Assembly (NCBI GenBank): GCA_036398095.1
Contig: DASWHR010000010.1
Location: forward strand, 2,555-66,554
DNA from: Actinomycetota bacterium
GTDB taxonomy: Bacteria > Actinomycetota > AC-67
Direction: 5' to 3'
Length of the DNA stretch: 64,000 nucleotides
Both the position numbers and the translations under genes were made by a program. Shown piece after piece: positions 37,673 through 47,005 of the stretch. Positions within the stretch are counted from its first letter, which is position 1, and each line of letters starts with the position of its first letter. The notes under the pieces were generated by a model. That model was not told the origin of the DNA. It did not search any database and saw only the letters and a list, made by a program, of their open reading frames with translations.

Positions 37673-37958
37673 CCGCACCCCTCCGATCGCATCGTTCCGG
37701 CCCGAACGGGCAGTTTAGCCTGGCCGATCCGTTCCCTTCGGCGGAATCTGCCACCACCCCCGATCGCGCGGGGGGCCGAAACGGGGTCGATCCGGGAGGA
37801 ATTCACAAACCGGACTCGAATAAGACAGCGAGCAATCGACCAGGGTCTGCCGTATCCAGGGGCCCCGGCACCGCGACGGACGGGCCCACCAGGCTTGCGG
37901 CGTGCGGATCGCTAGGGGAAACGACTCGGCTGCACCCTCTGAACCGGAGGAAGACACC

Positions 37959-40900
37959 GTGATCTCGACCCCCACCAGGCGCCGCCGCGTGCGGCCGATC
38001 CTGTTCATGACGATTCTTGCCGCGCTCTTCGCGTCCACGACCGCGCGGTCGGCTCCCGACGCGGCTGAGGTGCTCGCCGCGGAGGAGTCGGGCCGGAGCG
38101 AACGCGTCGTCATCTTCGGTGGGGTCGATGCGGCTTTCATGCGCGCCCTCGGCGCGCTCACGCCCTACGAACTCGTCTACAACTACGAGATCCTTCAAGG
38201 CGCGGCCGTGTCGGTTCCGGTTCCGGCCGTCGAGCGCGTGCTCGCCTTCGCGCAGGAGGCCGGGCTTCAAGCTGAGCGCGATCTGGAGATCCATCAGGAT
38301 CTGTCCAACTCGGCCCGCACGGTCTACGTCAAAGACAACGGAACCGGACCGGGCGCGTGGAGCCTGGGCTACAACGGCGCGGGCGTGACGATCGGAATCG
38401 TCGACAGCGGCTTGTACGCCGAGCACACCAGCCTCGACGACATCGACGACAACGCCTCCACGAACGATCCGAAGATCGTCAAGTTCAAGGACTACGTCAA
38501 CGCCGGCGGAAACGATGTCGCGCCCTACGACGACAACGACCACGGCTCACACGTCGCCGGCATCGCCGCCGGAACGGGCGGCGGCTCCTCGCAGAACATC
38601 GGCATGGCGTTCCGTTCGCACCTGGCCGGCTTCAAGGTCTTCAGCGATGCCGGCGCGGGATCCTCGACCGACTTCATCGCTGCGGTCAACTGGATCGTGC
38701 TCAACGGCGATTCGGTGAACCCGCCGATCCGCGTGATCAACTACTCGGGCGGTTCGGTTCCGGTCGGCGGAAACAACAACGGCAACTCGGCGCAGAGCCA
38801 GGCCGTCGACGCTGCCATGAACGCCGGGATCGTGGTCGTCATGGCCGGCGGCAACGGCTCGCAGGACGGCGCCGGCCCGAACCAGGTCGACGGCAACGTC
38901 AACATCCCCGCCGACTCGCGCGAAGGCATCGCGGTCTGCTCGAGCAACAGCGCCAACCCGCCGACGGCGCCGACCTACACCAACTGGGACTCGGAAGGGC
39001 CGACTGCCGACGGGCGGACCAAACCCGACGTGTGCGCGCCCGGCGAATCGGTCGCCTCAGTCAACAGCCCGGCGAACGGGGGCATTCCCTGTCCGCCGCC
39101 GCTGTCGTGCGGCGGTCCCAGCGCCTACGCGAGCTTCGGCGGGACCTCGATGTCCTCGCCGCACGTCGCGGGCATCGCGGCGCTGATCATTCAGGCGGTT
39201 CCGAACATCACCGCGATCGAGCTCCGGCAGGTCCTGTTCGAAACCGCGCTCAACTACCCGTCCAAGGACAACGACCGCGGCTACGGGGAAGCGCGCGCCA
39301 AGCACGCGATCGAGCTCGCGATCGAGCGGCACGGCGGGGACACAACGGCGCTCGCGGCGAACGCGAACGGCCCGTATTCCGCATTGCAGGGTGAGACGAT
39401 CTCGCTGACGGCAACCGCCACCGGCGGCGTGCCACCCTATTCGTACGCGTGGGATCTCGACAACGACGGTTCGCATGAGACGGCCGGAAAGACCGTGACG
39501 TTTGCGAACACGGCCGCCGCGGGCGTGAAGTCGGTGTCGGTGCGCATCACCGATTCGAAGGCCGTCCCTGCGATCGCGACGGACGCGGCAACCGTGACGG
39601 TTTTCCAGAAGGTGACCTTGCTGTCGGACAACGTGGAAGGCGGCGACGCGGGCTGGGTGTCCAGCGATGCCGCGCTCGGCTGGCACAGAACCACGATCCA
39701 CAGCCAGAGCCCGGCCACGTCCTGGTATGCGGGCAACGACGTGCTCGAGGAGTATCAGCCTGCCGCCGACTTTACGCTGACGCAGCGCGTGGATCTGTCC
39801 ACCGGCGCGGCGGCGACCTCGGCCCAGATCCTGTGGCGTTTCGCGCGCGGCGGGGCGCTCGAGGCCGACTTCGACTTCTTGCATGCGAAGGTCAAACGCG
39901 CGCAGGACGCCACCTACACGACGCGGGCGACCTACGATGACGACCTCGGCGACGGGTGGTCGACCGAGACGATCGACTTGACATCGCTCAAAGGCAACGA
40001 AGTCGACATCCAGTTCCACTTCACCTCGGACGAGATTCTGCAGTTCCGCGGTCCGTTCATCGATGACGTTCAGATCTTCGGAACGGCACCGCCCGACGTC
40101 GACACGACTCCTCCGGCCGCGATCGGCGACCTCGCCGCGGGCGCGGCGACCGAGACTTCGGTGGCGTTGACGTGGACGGCGACGGGTGACGACGGCATCG
40201 TCGGTCAAGCGACGTCCTACGACCTTCGGTATTCGACCGAGCCGATCGGCGCGGCGAACTTCGACTCGGCTACGCCCGCGCCGGGCGTTCCGGCGCCCGG
40301 GCTCTCCGGAGCGCCCCAGTCCTTCGTCGTGGGCGGTCTGATCCCGGGCACGACCTACTACTTCGCGATCAAGGCGATCGACGAGTCGTCGAACTCGAGC
40401 CCAGTCTCGAACGCGGTGACCGCGACGACGCTCGACGACCTGACGGCGCCGTCTCAGGTGACGGGCCTGGCCGGCATCGCCGGAAACGGCAGCGCCGCGC
40501 TGAGCTGGGACGCCGCGACCGACAACGTCGGCGTCGCCTCCTACGACGTGCTGCAAGACGGCGTGCCGGTCAAGAACGTCCCCGGCACGGCGACGACCGT
40601 GACCGGCCTGACGAACGGAACGACCTACGAGTTCGCCGTGCGCGCGAAGGACCTGGCCGGCAACCTCGGTCCGGTCAGCGACGCGATCCAGATCCTTCCG
40701 ACGGGCCCGGCCGTCCCGGCGGGCTGGCCCGAGGCGCGCGGCGGCAACGCACGCACCGGCACGACCGCCGGACACGGCTCGCAAGGCGTCCCCTCGGTCC
40801 GTCAGACGATCACCGTCGGCACGCTCGCGGTGGACGCCTCGCCGCTCATCGTCGACATCACCGGCGACGGCAAGGCCGATCTGCTGGCCGTCACCGACCC

Positions 40901-43900
40901 GGGCTTGAACACGCCGGCCACGGTCAAGGCCTACGAGCAGACCGCGACTCAGCTGGAGCTTCTGTGGACGTATACGTCTCCGATGCTCGACGGACAGAAC
41001 GAGGGCTTCGCCAACATCGCGCTCGGCCAGCTCAACGGCGACGGCCCGCTCGAGGTCGTCGTCTACTCAAACAACCGGATCAACACCCAAGCGGTCACCA
41101 GCAACCAGGGCCGGCTTGCGGTCCTCGACGCCGCGACCGGCACGCTCATCGACGACACATCGGTGGCCACGGCCGACCCGGAGGCGATCGTCATCGGCGT
41201 GGACGCTCCTCCCGCGATCGCCGACGTGGACGGCGACGGAAACACCGAGATCGTGTTGATCCATCACGTCGGCGGCACCACGCCCGGATCGTTCCTCGCG
41301 GGCTACGGCCTGAGCGGCGCGACGCTGATCGAGGAGTTCGACTCGAACCTGACCGCGGCGTCGAACTGGACGTCGTGGGCGGTCGCCGAACTTCGCCCGG
41401 AGCGCGCCGGCCTCGAAGTCGTCGTCGCGCAGAACGCGGTCTTCATCAACGGCCCCTCCACGGGCGCCATTCGCGTGTGCAAGCCGTTCGGCGGCAACGC
41501 CACCTGCGACGAGAACGTGAACACCACGACCGGAATCTTGGGCGTCTCGGTCGCCGACCTCGACGGGGGCAGTCCCGAGATCGTCGGCAACGGCCGCACG
41601 GGCGCCAGCCTGAACGTCGTGAAGACGAGCCCGGCGCTGTCGCTGGTTTCGCGTACCGACGGGTTCCTGTGGAACACGGCGAGCCTGGCCGATGTGGACG
41701 GCGACGGCAAAGCCGACGTCGTCAACGCCGCCTACTCGGGTCAGTCGACTTTCCCGGAAAGCGACCCCGAGAAGAAGGGCGACGTGACGGTGCGCGGATT
41801 CACCGGCGCCGCGATCGTCGCGAAGGGCACGCTCGAGCGGACTCCGCCGCCGGGAAGCGACTGGGGCGCCAAGGGCGGCGGCGCGCTGGTGGACATCGCC
41901 GGCGACGCGCGTCCCGAGTTCGTCTACGGGCAGGGTGACGGCACGCTGGTCGCCGTGAAATTCGCCGCCGACGGCACGCCCTCGCTGCTGTGGGAGACCT
42001 CTCTGTCCGCTGCCGCGAACGCGCCGGTCGCGGCGGGCGACGTCACCGGCGATGGCCTTCTGGATCTGGTCGCCGCGACCGCCGACGGAAAGGTCGTCGT
42101 GCTCGGAGCGGGTCCGCTCGCCGGGATCGGGATCACGCCGACCGCGGCGACGATCCCCGCAGGAGCAACGCAGACCTACGCCGTCGAAAGCTTCGACGCG
42201 GCCGGCAACTCGCTGGGCGACGTGACTGCCGACGCCTCCCTTTCGATCACCGACGGGGCCTGCACCGGGTCGTCATGCGGCAGCGAGCAAGCCGGCGATC
42301 ACATCGTGACCGCCACGTATCAAGGCAAGACGGCCGCCGCGACGCTCACGGTCGTTCCGGGCCCGCTCGCGTCGATGACGATCACGCCCGCGGCGGCGAC
42401 GGTCGCCGCGGGTCAAAGCCAGACCTATGCGGTCTCGGGCTTCGACTCCTTCGGCAATCCCAAGGGGGACGTGACCGTCGGCACGACGTTCTCGATCGCC
42501 CCGGACGGATCGTGCTCGGCCAACACCTGCTCGGCCACGACGTCCGGCGCGCACACGGTGACGGCCACGCAGGGCGCCGTGTCGGTCGATGCGTCGCTGC
42601 AGGTGGATCCCGGGCCGCTGGCGTCGCTTCTGCTGTCGCCGGCCGAAACCACCGTCGTGCTGGGCGCCTCGCAGACCTATGTCGCTCAGGGCCGGGATGC
42701 GTTCGGCAACTCGCTGGGCGACCTCACGGTCGGCACGACGTTCGCGATCTTCCCCGACGGATCGTGCTCGGGTTCGACCTGCACGCCGGCGGCGCTCGGC
42801 AATCACACCGTCCGCGCGGCGCGCGGCACGGCGCAAGGCTCGGCGCTCTTGCACGTGATTCCTGAGAGCATTCACCGGATCGTCCTGTCGCCGGCGACGG
42901 CGACGATCACGGCCGGCGGCAGCCAGGCCTACACCGCGGAAGGTTTCGATGGTGACGACAACTCGCTCGGCGACGTCACCTCCGTGACGGTGTTTGCCAT
43001 CGGCCCGAACGGATCGTGCAGCGCCAACACCTGCACGGCCACGATCGCCGGCGACCATACGGTCGTCGGAAGCGTGACCGGCGCGGCGGCGACGGCGGGG
43101 CTGAAGGTGCTCGCCGGTCCGATGACGGCGATCTCGCTGTCGCCGGCGTTGTCGCAGATCCCGGCCGGCGGGACGCGCACCTACACGGTGCAGGGCCGGG
43201 ACCAGTACGGCAACGTCACCGGCGACGTGACCGGATCGGCGACGCTGGCCATCGCCCCGGAGGGCTCCTGCACCGGCAACGCATGCACGGCCGACGTCTA
43301 CGGCAATCACGTGGTCACGGCGACGGTCGACGCGCTGACCGCGACGGCAACGCTGAAGGTGGTGCCGGCGGCACCGTCGATCTCCACGCCGCTCGCCGGC
43401 AGCGTCAACGGCCCGTCGATCGACGTGACCGGACTGGCCCCCACCGGCACGACGGTCTCGCTGTGGGACAACGGCAGCAAGATCGAAGAGGGCATCGTCG
43501 TGGCGGGTGACGGCTCGTGGACGGTGACACGCTCGTTCGCGAACGGCTCGCACACGATGACGGCGTTCGCTTCGGTGAGCGGCAACGTCAGCGCGCCGTC
43601 CGCGGCACGCCAGTTCACGGTCGACGCGAACGCTCCGACGACCACGGTGCATCGCCGTCAGGGCTACATCGTCGCGCAGGTCTACCACCCGCTCGAGCCG
43701 GTACGCGTCGAGGGCGTGGCACGCGACACGGATTCGGGCATCGCCGCGGTCGAGGTGACCTACGCCGGTGCAGAGACGGTCGTGGACACGGTGACGTGCG
43801 CCGCGCCCTGCGCGGAGCTTCGCTGGGTCTCCTCGCCGGATCTCCTGCCCGGCATCTACACGGTGTCGGCGGTTCCGATCGACCGCGCCGGCAACCGCGG

Positions 43901-43997
43901 CTCGGCCGTCACGATCACGATCGTGACCACGAGCCTGGTCGGCGGCGACGGCGGATCGTCGTCGGCGACGGCGACGCGTCCGAACGTGATCGAGTAA
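37959..43997 (+). CDS. Giant (2012 aa) secreted multidomain S8 subtilisin-like protease: S8, PKD-like, two FN3, FG-GAP/VCBS propeller and about 8 tandem Ig-like domains
   Basis: GTG 37959 after GGAGGAAG RBS; signal peptide VISTPTRRRRVRPILFMTILAALFASTTARSA; catalytic triad contexts IVDSG / HGSHVAG / GTSMSSPHVAG; ADVDGDGNTEIVL and ADVDGDGKADVVNA FG-GAP repeats; tandem Ig-like units of about 90 aa (ITPTAATIPAGATQTY...LTVVPGPLASMTITPAAATVAAGQSQTY...). Confidence 0.85.
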   Translation: MISTPTRRRRVRPILFMTILAALFASTTARSAPDAAEVLAAEESGRSERVVIFGGVDAAFMRALGALTPYELVYNYEILQGAAVSVPVPAVERVLAFAQEAGLQAERDLEIHQDLSNSARTVYVKDNGTGPGAWSLGYNGAGVTIGIVDSGLYAEHTSLDDIDDNASTNDPKIVKFKDYVNAGGNDVAPYDDNDHGSHVAGIAAGTGGGSSQNIGMAFRSHLAGFKVFSDAGAGSSTDFIAAVNWIVLNGDSVNPPIRVINYSGGSVPVGGNNNGNSAQSQAVDAAMNAGIVVVMAGGNGSQDGAGPNQVDGNVNIPADSREGIAVCSSNSANPPTAPTYTNWDSEGPTADGRTKPDVCAPGESVASVNSPANGGIPCPPPLSCGGPSAYASFGGTSMSSPHVAGIAALIIQAVPNITAIELRQVLFETALNYPSKDNDRGYGEARAKHAIELAIERHGGDTTALAANANGPYSALQGETISLTATATGGVPPYSYAWDLDNDGSHETAGKTVTFANTAAAGVKSVSVRITDSKAVPAIATDAATVTVFQKVTLLSDNVEGGDAGWVSSDAALGWHRTTIHSQSPATSWYAGNDVLEEYQPAADFTLTQRVDLSTGAAATSAQILWRFARGGALEADFDFLHAKVKRAQDATYTTRATYDDDLGDGWSTETIDLTSLKGNEVDIQFHFTSDEILQFRGPFIDDVQIFGTAPPDVDTTPPAAIGDLAAGAATETSVALTWTATGDDGIVGQATSYDLRYSTEPIGAANFDSATPAPGVPAPGLSGAPQSFVVGGLIPGTTYYFAIKAIDESSNSSPVSNAVTATTLDDLTAPSQVTGLAGIAGNGSAALSWDAATDNVGVASYDVLQDGVPVKNVPGTATTVTGLTNGTTYEFAVRAKDLAGNLGPVSDAIQILPTGPAVPAGWPEARGGNARTGTTAGHGSQGVPSVRQTITVGTLAVDASPLIVDITGDGKADLLAVTDPGLNTPATVKAYEQTATQLELLWTYTSPMLDGQNEGFANIALGQLNGDGPLEVVVYSNNRINTQAVTSNQGRLAVLDAATGTLIDDTSVATADPEAIVIGVDAPPAIADVDGDGNTEIVLIHHVGGTTPGSFLAGYGLSGATLIEEFDSNLTAASNWTSWAVAELRPERAGLEVVVAQNAVFINGPSTGAIRVCKPFGGNATCDENVNTTTGILGVSVADLDGGSPEIVGNGRTGASLNVVKTSPALSLVSRTDGFLWNTASLADVDGDGKADVVNAAYSGQSTFPESDPEKKGDVTVRGFTGAAIVAKGTLERTPPPGSDWGAKGGGALVDIAGDARPEFVYGQGDGTLVAVKFAADGTPSLLWETSLSAAANAPVAAGDVTGDGLLDLVAATADGKVVVLGAGPLAGIGITPTAATIPAGATQTYAVESFDAAGNSLGDVTADASLSITDGACTGSSCGSEQAGDHIVTATYQGKTAAATLTVVPGPLASMTITPAAATVAAGQSQTYAVSGFDSFGNPKGDVTVGTTFSIAPDGSCSANTCSATTSGAHTVTATQGAVSVDASLQVDPGPLASLLLSPAETTVVLGASQTYVAQGRDAFGNSLGDLTVGTTFAIFPDGSCSGSTCTPAALGNHTVRAARGTAQGSALLHVIPESIHRIVLSPATATITAGGSQAYTAEGFDGDDNSLGDVTSVTVFAIGPNGSCSANTCTATIAGDHTVVGSVTGAAATAGLKVLAGPMTAISLSPALSQIPAGGTRTYTVQGRDQYGNVTGDVTGSATLAIAPEGSCTGNACTADVYGNHVVTATVDALTATATLKVVPAAPSISTPLAGSVNGPSIDVTGLAPTGTTVSLWDNGSKIEEGIVVAGDGSWTVTRSFANGSHTMTAFASVSGNVSAPSAARQFTVDANAPTTTVHRRQGYIVAQVYHPLEPVRVEGVARDTDSGIAAVEVTYAGAETVVDTVTCAAPCAELRWVSSPDLLPGIYTVSAVPIDRAGNRGSAVTITIVTTSLVGGDGGSSSATATRPNVIE
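42120..43380 (+). repeat. Coding tandem Ig-like domain repeats (about 270-bp period) in the S8 protease gene
   Basis: Seven-plus consecutive units sharing ..P..A.I.AG.SQTY...G.D..GN..GDVT..T.F.I.P.GSCS.N.C.A...G.HTV.A. Confidence 0.55.
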
Positions 43998-44016
43998 CGC
44001 AAACGATGCGAAACAG

Positions 44017-44051
44017 CCGGGAGGGTCGCGCAGACCCTCCCGGTTTTTTTT
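44017..44051 (+). terminator. Rho-independent terminator of the S8 protease gene (ccgggagggtc-gcgca-gaccctcccgg followed by 8 T)
   Basis: Perfect 11-bp stem 20 nt after the TAA stop, followed by TTTTTTTT. Confidence 0.75.
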
Positions 44052-44366
44052 CCGCCCACCGGCGCCGCGCGCGATGCGGACATTCCCGGCCCGATCGGTT
44101 GCAAGCGGCCCGGACGCATCCGTTCAGATCGCCGCGCATGCGCTCCGACGGCACAGATCTGGATGTTCCCCGGCATCGAATACCGAGCCCGTTTCCGCTG
44201 GTTGAGCGGCTCGTTTGATGGAGTGCAGCCAACGGATGCACGACCGGTAGAGGGCATTGTTCCGCTTTGGGTCGTAAATCCCGCGGGGGTGTTGGAAATT
44301 CTGGCGGGACCTCGGAAGGAACGGCTTCCACGGCGTTGAATCCTTGCGCCGAGGAGAGGAGTGAGG

Positions 44367-44504
44367 ATGATCACGTGGGTGTTGGTCCAGGAACCGACCG
44401 CAGCCGTCGGCGCTGCGATCGAGATGATCGAAGAACGTATCGGTTCGACCGCCGAAGTGATGTGGCTGTGCCCCGACGAGCTCGCAGAGCCCGTCCAGGA
44501 CTAG
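44367..44504 (+). CDS. Possible 45-aa acidic small protein (MITWVLVQEPTAAVGAAIEMIEERIGSTAEVMWLCPDELAEPVQD)
   Basis: Not in track (under 60 aa); AGGAGAGGAGTGAGG Shine-Dalgarno 8 nt upstream of the ATG; lies in a 500-bp lower-GC intergenic stretch. Confidence 0.25.
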   Translation: MITWVLVQEPTAAVGAAIEMIEERIGSTAEVMWLCPDELAEPVQD

Positions 44505-44541
44505 CCGCTCGAACCACAGGCGCGCCCGGCGCCCCCATCGC

Positions 44542-46167
44542 CTAGGGCTCGTCTCGCTCCAAAGATTCGAGACGTTTCCGCTCCGCCCTCCGCTCCGCCT
44601 CAAGTCGTTCCAGGTCCACGGACGAATAGTCCACATGGGACATGAACTCTGCCACCGCCCGGTGGCCGGCCCGCTCGCCGATCAGACGGTGCATCTCATG
44701 CGCTACCTTTCGGTAGCCGGCATGCCCTTGCGCGCTGGAGCGCAACTCGATCAGATGCACCGCCTCACGAAGGTTCATCTGCATCGCGTACCGGATCCGG
44801 TAGGCCATGCACACCGCGTACTGCGATTGCGGCGCCAGGTCCGGATAGATCGCCTCCCACAGGGCCCCGCTGTCATCGAGCGACGAACGGTACGCTTCGC
44901 CGGCGCCGCACTCGTCGGCTTCGGGCGGCAGGTCCGCGCCGTGTCGCGGGGTCAGGTCCTGCCATTCGATCGTGAGCATCCGGTGGCGCTGCAGATCGCG
45001 GAAGCCGCCGTAGTCACCGAGCACATCGAAGCGGTAGTCGCATCGCTCGAACGCGCGACCCGGCTTGTGACGGCGATTCGCGCGCTCTCCCACGTACGTC
45101 CGCATCACACGGAGCCGCTCCTCGGTCGTCATCGCGCGCGCGCGCTCGACGAGCGCGTCTTCGGGCAGAGACGAGTACGGATACAGCATCGCGGCGACCA
45201 GCTTGACCTCGGCGTCGGGGTCGAAGTCGGTGAGCGTGACCAGCGGCCGCTCGCCGGGCTTTTCGTCGCCGAGAATCTCGGCCGCGAGCGAGGCCATCGC
45301 CTGCCGGGTGTCGCGCAGATACCCGATCCACGCGCCGCCCCGATCGGGCTGGTCCACGCGTTGCAGGAAGGTCGGAATGACTTTGTTCAGCTCAGAGAGC
45401 ATCGCGTCGGCGGTGTCGCGGCATTCGCGCAGCGGCGAGGCCCGCAGCCGCATCAGCATCATCTCGTAGGCTTGGCCGCTCGCGTAGATGCCCATGTTCG
45501 ATACGGTCGCGGCCGGCAGCATCCCGCGCAGCACGTCGCACGCCTTCGCCTTGATGGTGGCCTTCCAGACCCGGTCGGGGTCGCCGTCGTGCTTGGGGTG
45601 TCGCCCGGCGAAGTGCTCGATCGCGCGCGGCAGCGCGGCGGCGTAGCGTTCGAAGATCGCATCGAGCGTCTGCTCGTAGGCGGCGGCGTGCGGCGAGGCC
45701 ATGACGTCGGGCTCGAGAAAGTAGCGCCAGCGGCCGCCCGGCTTGTCGTCGTAGCCGACGTAGCGGGTGGATTGCTCGAGGTAGGCCGCAAGGCGCCCCC
45801 ATTCGAGCTGCTTGGTCAAGATGTTCGATGCCTGCTCGACCGCGATGTGCGCGCCGCCGAGCTGCGCGACCGAGTCGTCGCCGAACTCGATGAAGATGCG
45901 GCCGTAGAGTTCGTCGGCCTTGGCCATCCCCAGATCCGAGCCGCCGGCCGAGCCGAGCGATTCGACGTCGCCGCCGCGCAGGAACTCGTCCAGGAACAGC
46001 CGCCGCAGCGACTTGGCGGTGCGCGAGTAGCGTGCGAACAGCGCGCCCTTGACGGCTTCCGGCAGGTTCATCACCGCAAAGACGTTCGAGTCGATGTTGC
46101 CCGCGACCCGGCCGAGGATTGCGCGCTCGTGGGGCGTGAATTCTTCGACGACGTAGGGATGCGTCAT
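44542..46167 (-). CDS. thyX: Flavin-dependent thymidylate synthase ThyX-like, long (542 aa, two-domain) form
   Basis: Start at M248 of the track ORF, overlapping the dapB stop (ATGA); RHR motif (LQRHRMLTIEW); conserved thyX-dapA / dapB neighbourhood; the upstream 247 aa are R-rich and overlap dapB. Confidence 0.7.
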   Translation of the reverse strand: MTHPYVVEEFTPHERAILGRVAGNIDSNVFAVMNLPEAVKGALFARYSRTAKSLRRLFLDEFLRGGDVESLGSAGGSDLGMAKADELYGRIFIEFGDDSVAQLGGAHIAVEQASNILTKQLEWGRLAAYLEQSTRYVGYDDKPGGRWRYFLEPDVMASPHAAAYEQTLDAIFERYAAALPRAIEHFAGRHPKHDGDPDRVWKATIKAKACDVLRGMLPAATVSNMGIYASGQAYEMMLMRLRASPLRECRDTADAMLSELNKVIPTFLQRVDQPDRGGAWIGYLRDTRQAMASLAAEILGDEKPGERPLVTLTDFDPDAEVKLVAAMLYPYSSLPEDALVERARAMTTEERLRVMRTYVGERANRRHKPGRAFERCDYRFDVLGDYGGFRDLQRHRMLTIEWQDLTPRHGADLPPEADECGAGEAYRSSLDDSGALWEAIYPDLAPQSQYAVCMAYRIRYAMQMNLREAVHLIELRSSAQGHAGYRKVAHEMHRLIGERAGHRAVAEFMSHVDYSSVDLERLEAERRAERKRLESLERDEP

Positions 46168-46958
46168 AGGTCGAGCAGACTTTCCAGGCCGAGCGTCAGC
46201 CCATGGCGGGACGAGACGGCCTTGACGGCCAGAACCACGCCGGGCATGAACGATTCGCGATCGTAGGAGTCGTGCCGGATCGTGAGCGTCTCCCCGGGAC
46301 CACCGAAGATCACCTCCTGATGCGCGATCAGGCCGGGGAGCCGCACCGAATGGATGCGGATTCCTTCGACGTGAGCGCCGCGTGCGCCCGGCACGACCTC
46401 GCCGGCCGGTGGCTCGGCGGCGCCTTCGCGATGCCGGGCGATCTCGGAGGCGGTGCGCAGAGCGGTACCGCTGGGCGCGTCGGCTTTCCCGTCGTGGTGG
46501 AGCTCGACGATCTCGACCGCCGGGAGGAACTCCGCGGCGCGAGACGCGAAGCTCATCATCAGCACCGCCCCGACGGCGAAGTTCGGCGCGACGAAAACGT
46601 TCGACTCGTCGCCCTCCTCGGCGATCAGCGCGCGGATCGCGGTCACGTCGGCTTCGGTCAGTCCGGTCGTGCCCACGACCGCGTGGACGGCGTGGCGGAT
46701 GCACCAGCGGATGTTGTCCATGACCGCTTTCGGATGCGTGAAGTCGACGGCGACTTCGACTTCGGCTTCGGAGAGCATGTCGAGTTCGTCGGAGACGTCG
46801 ATGCGGATGCTCGGGTCCCCGACGAGCCGGCCGACCGGAGTTCCCGCCTCGTGGGTGTCCACGGCGGCCGCGAGCAGCAGATCGGGGTCGGCATGAACGG
46901 CCGCACACACCTGCCGACCCATCTTTCCGGCCGCTCCGATCACTCCGACGCGAATCAT
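46164..46958 (-). CDS. dapB: 4-hydroxy-tetrahydrodipicolinate reductase
   Basis: MIRVGVIGAAGKMGRQV Rossmann fold; EIVELHHDGKADAPSGTA motif. Confidence 0.9.
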   Translation of the reverse strand: MIRVGVIGAAGKMGRQVCAAVHADPDLLLAAAVDTHEAGTPVGRLVGDPSIRIDVSDELDMLSEAEVEVAVDFTHPKAVMDNIRWCIRHAVHAVVGTTGLTEADVTAIRALIAEEGDESNVFVAPNFAVGAVLMMSFASRAAEFLPAVEIVELHHDGKADAPSGTALRTASEIARHREGAAEPPAGEVVPGARGAHVEGIRIHSVRLPGLIAHQEVIFGGPGETLTIRHDSYDRESFMPGVVLAVKAVSSRHGLTLGLESLLDL

Positions 46959-47005
46959 CGCGCCATGCTACCCGGCCCGACCCACGACAACGAACCGCGC
47001 GGACA

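Noticed and set aside
37679-37958. Possible riboswitch or sRNA in the dapA / S8-protease divergent intergenic region
   Set aside because: I could not recognise any known riboswitch consensus (lysine, c-di-AMP, cobalamin) by eye. Only promoter function is assumed.
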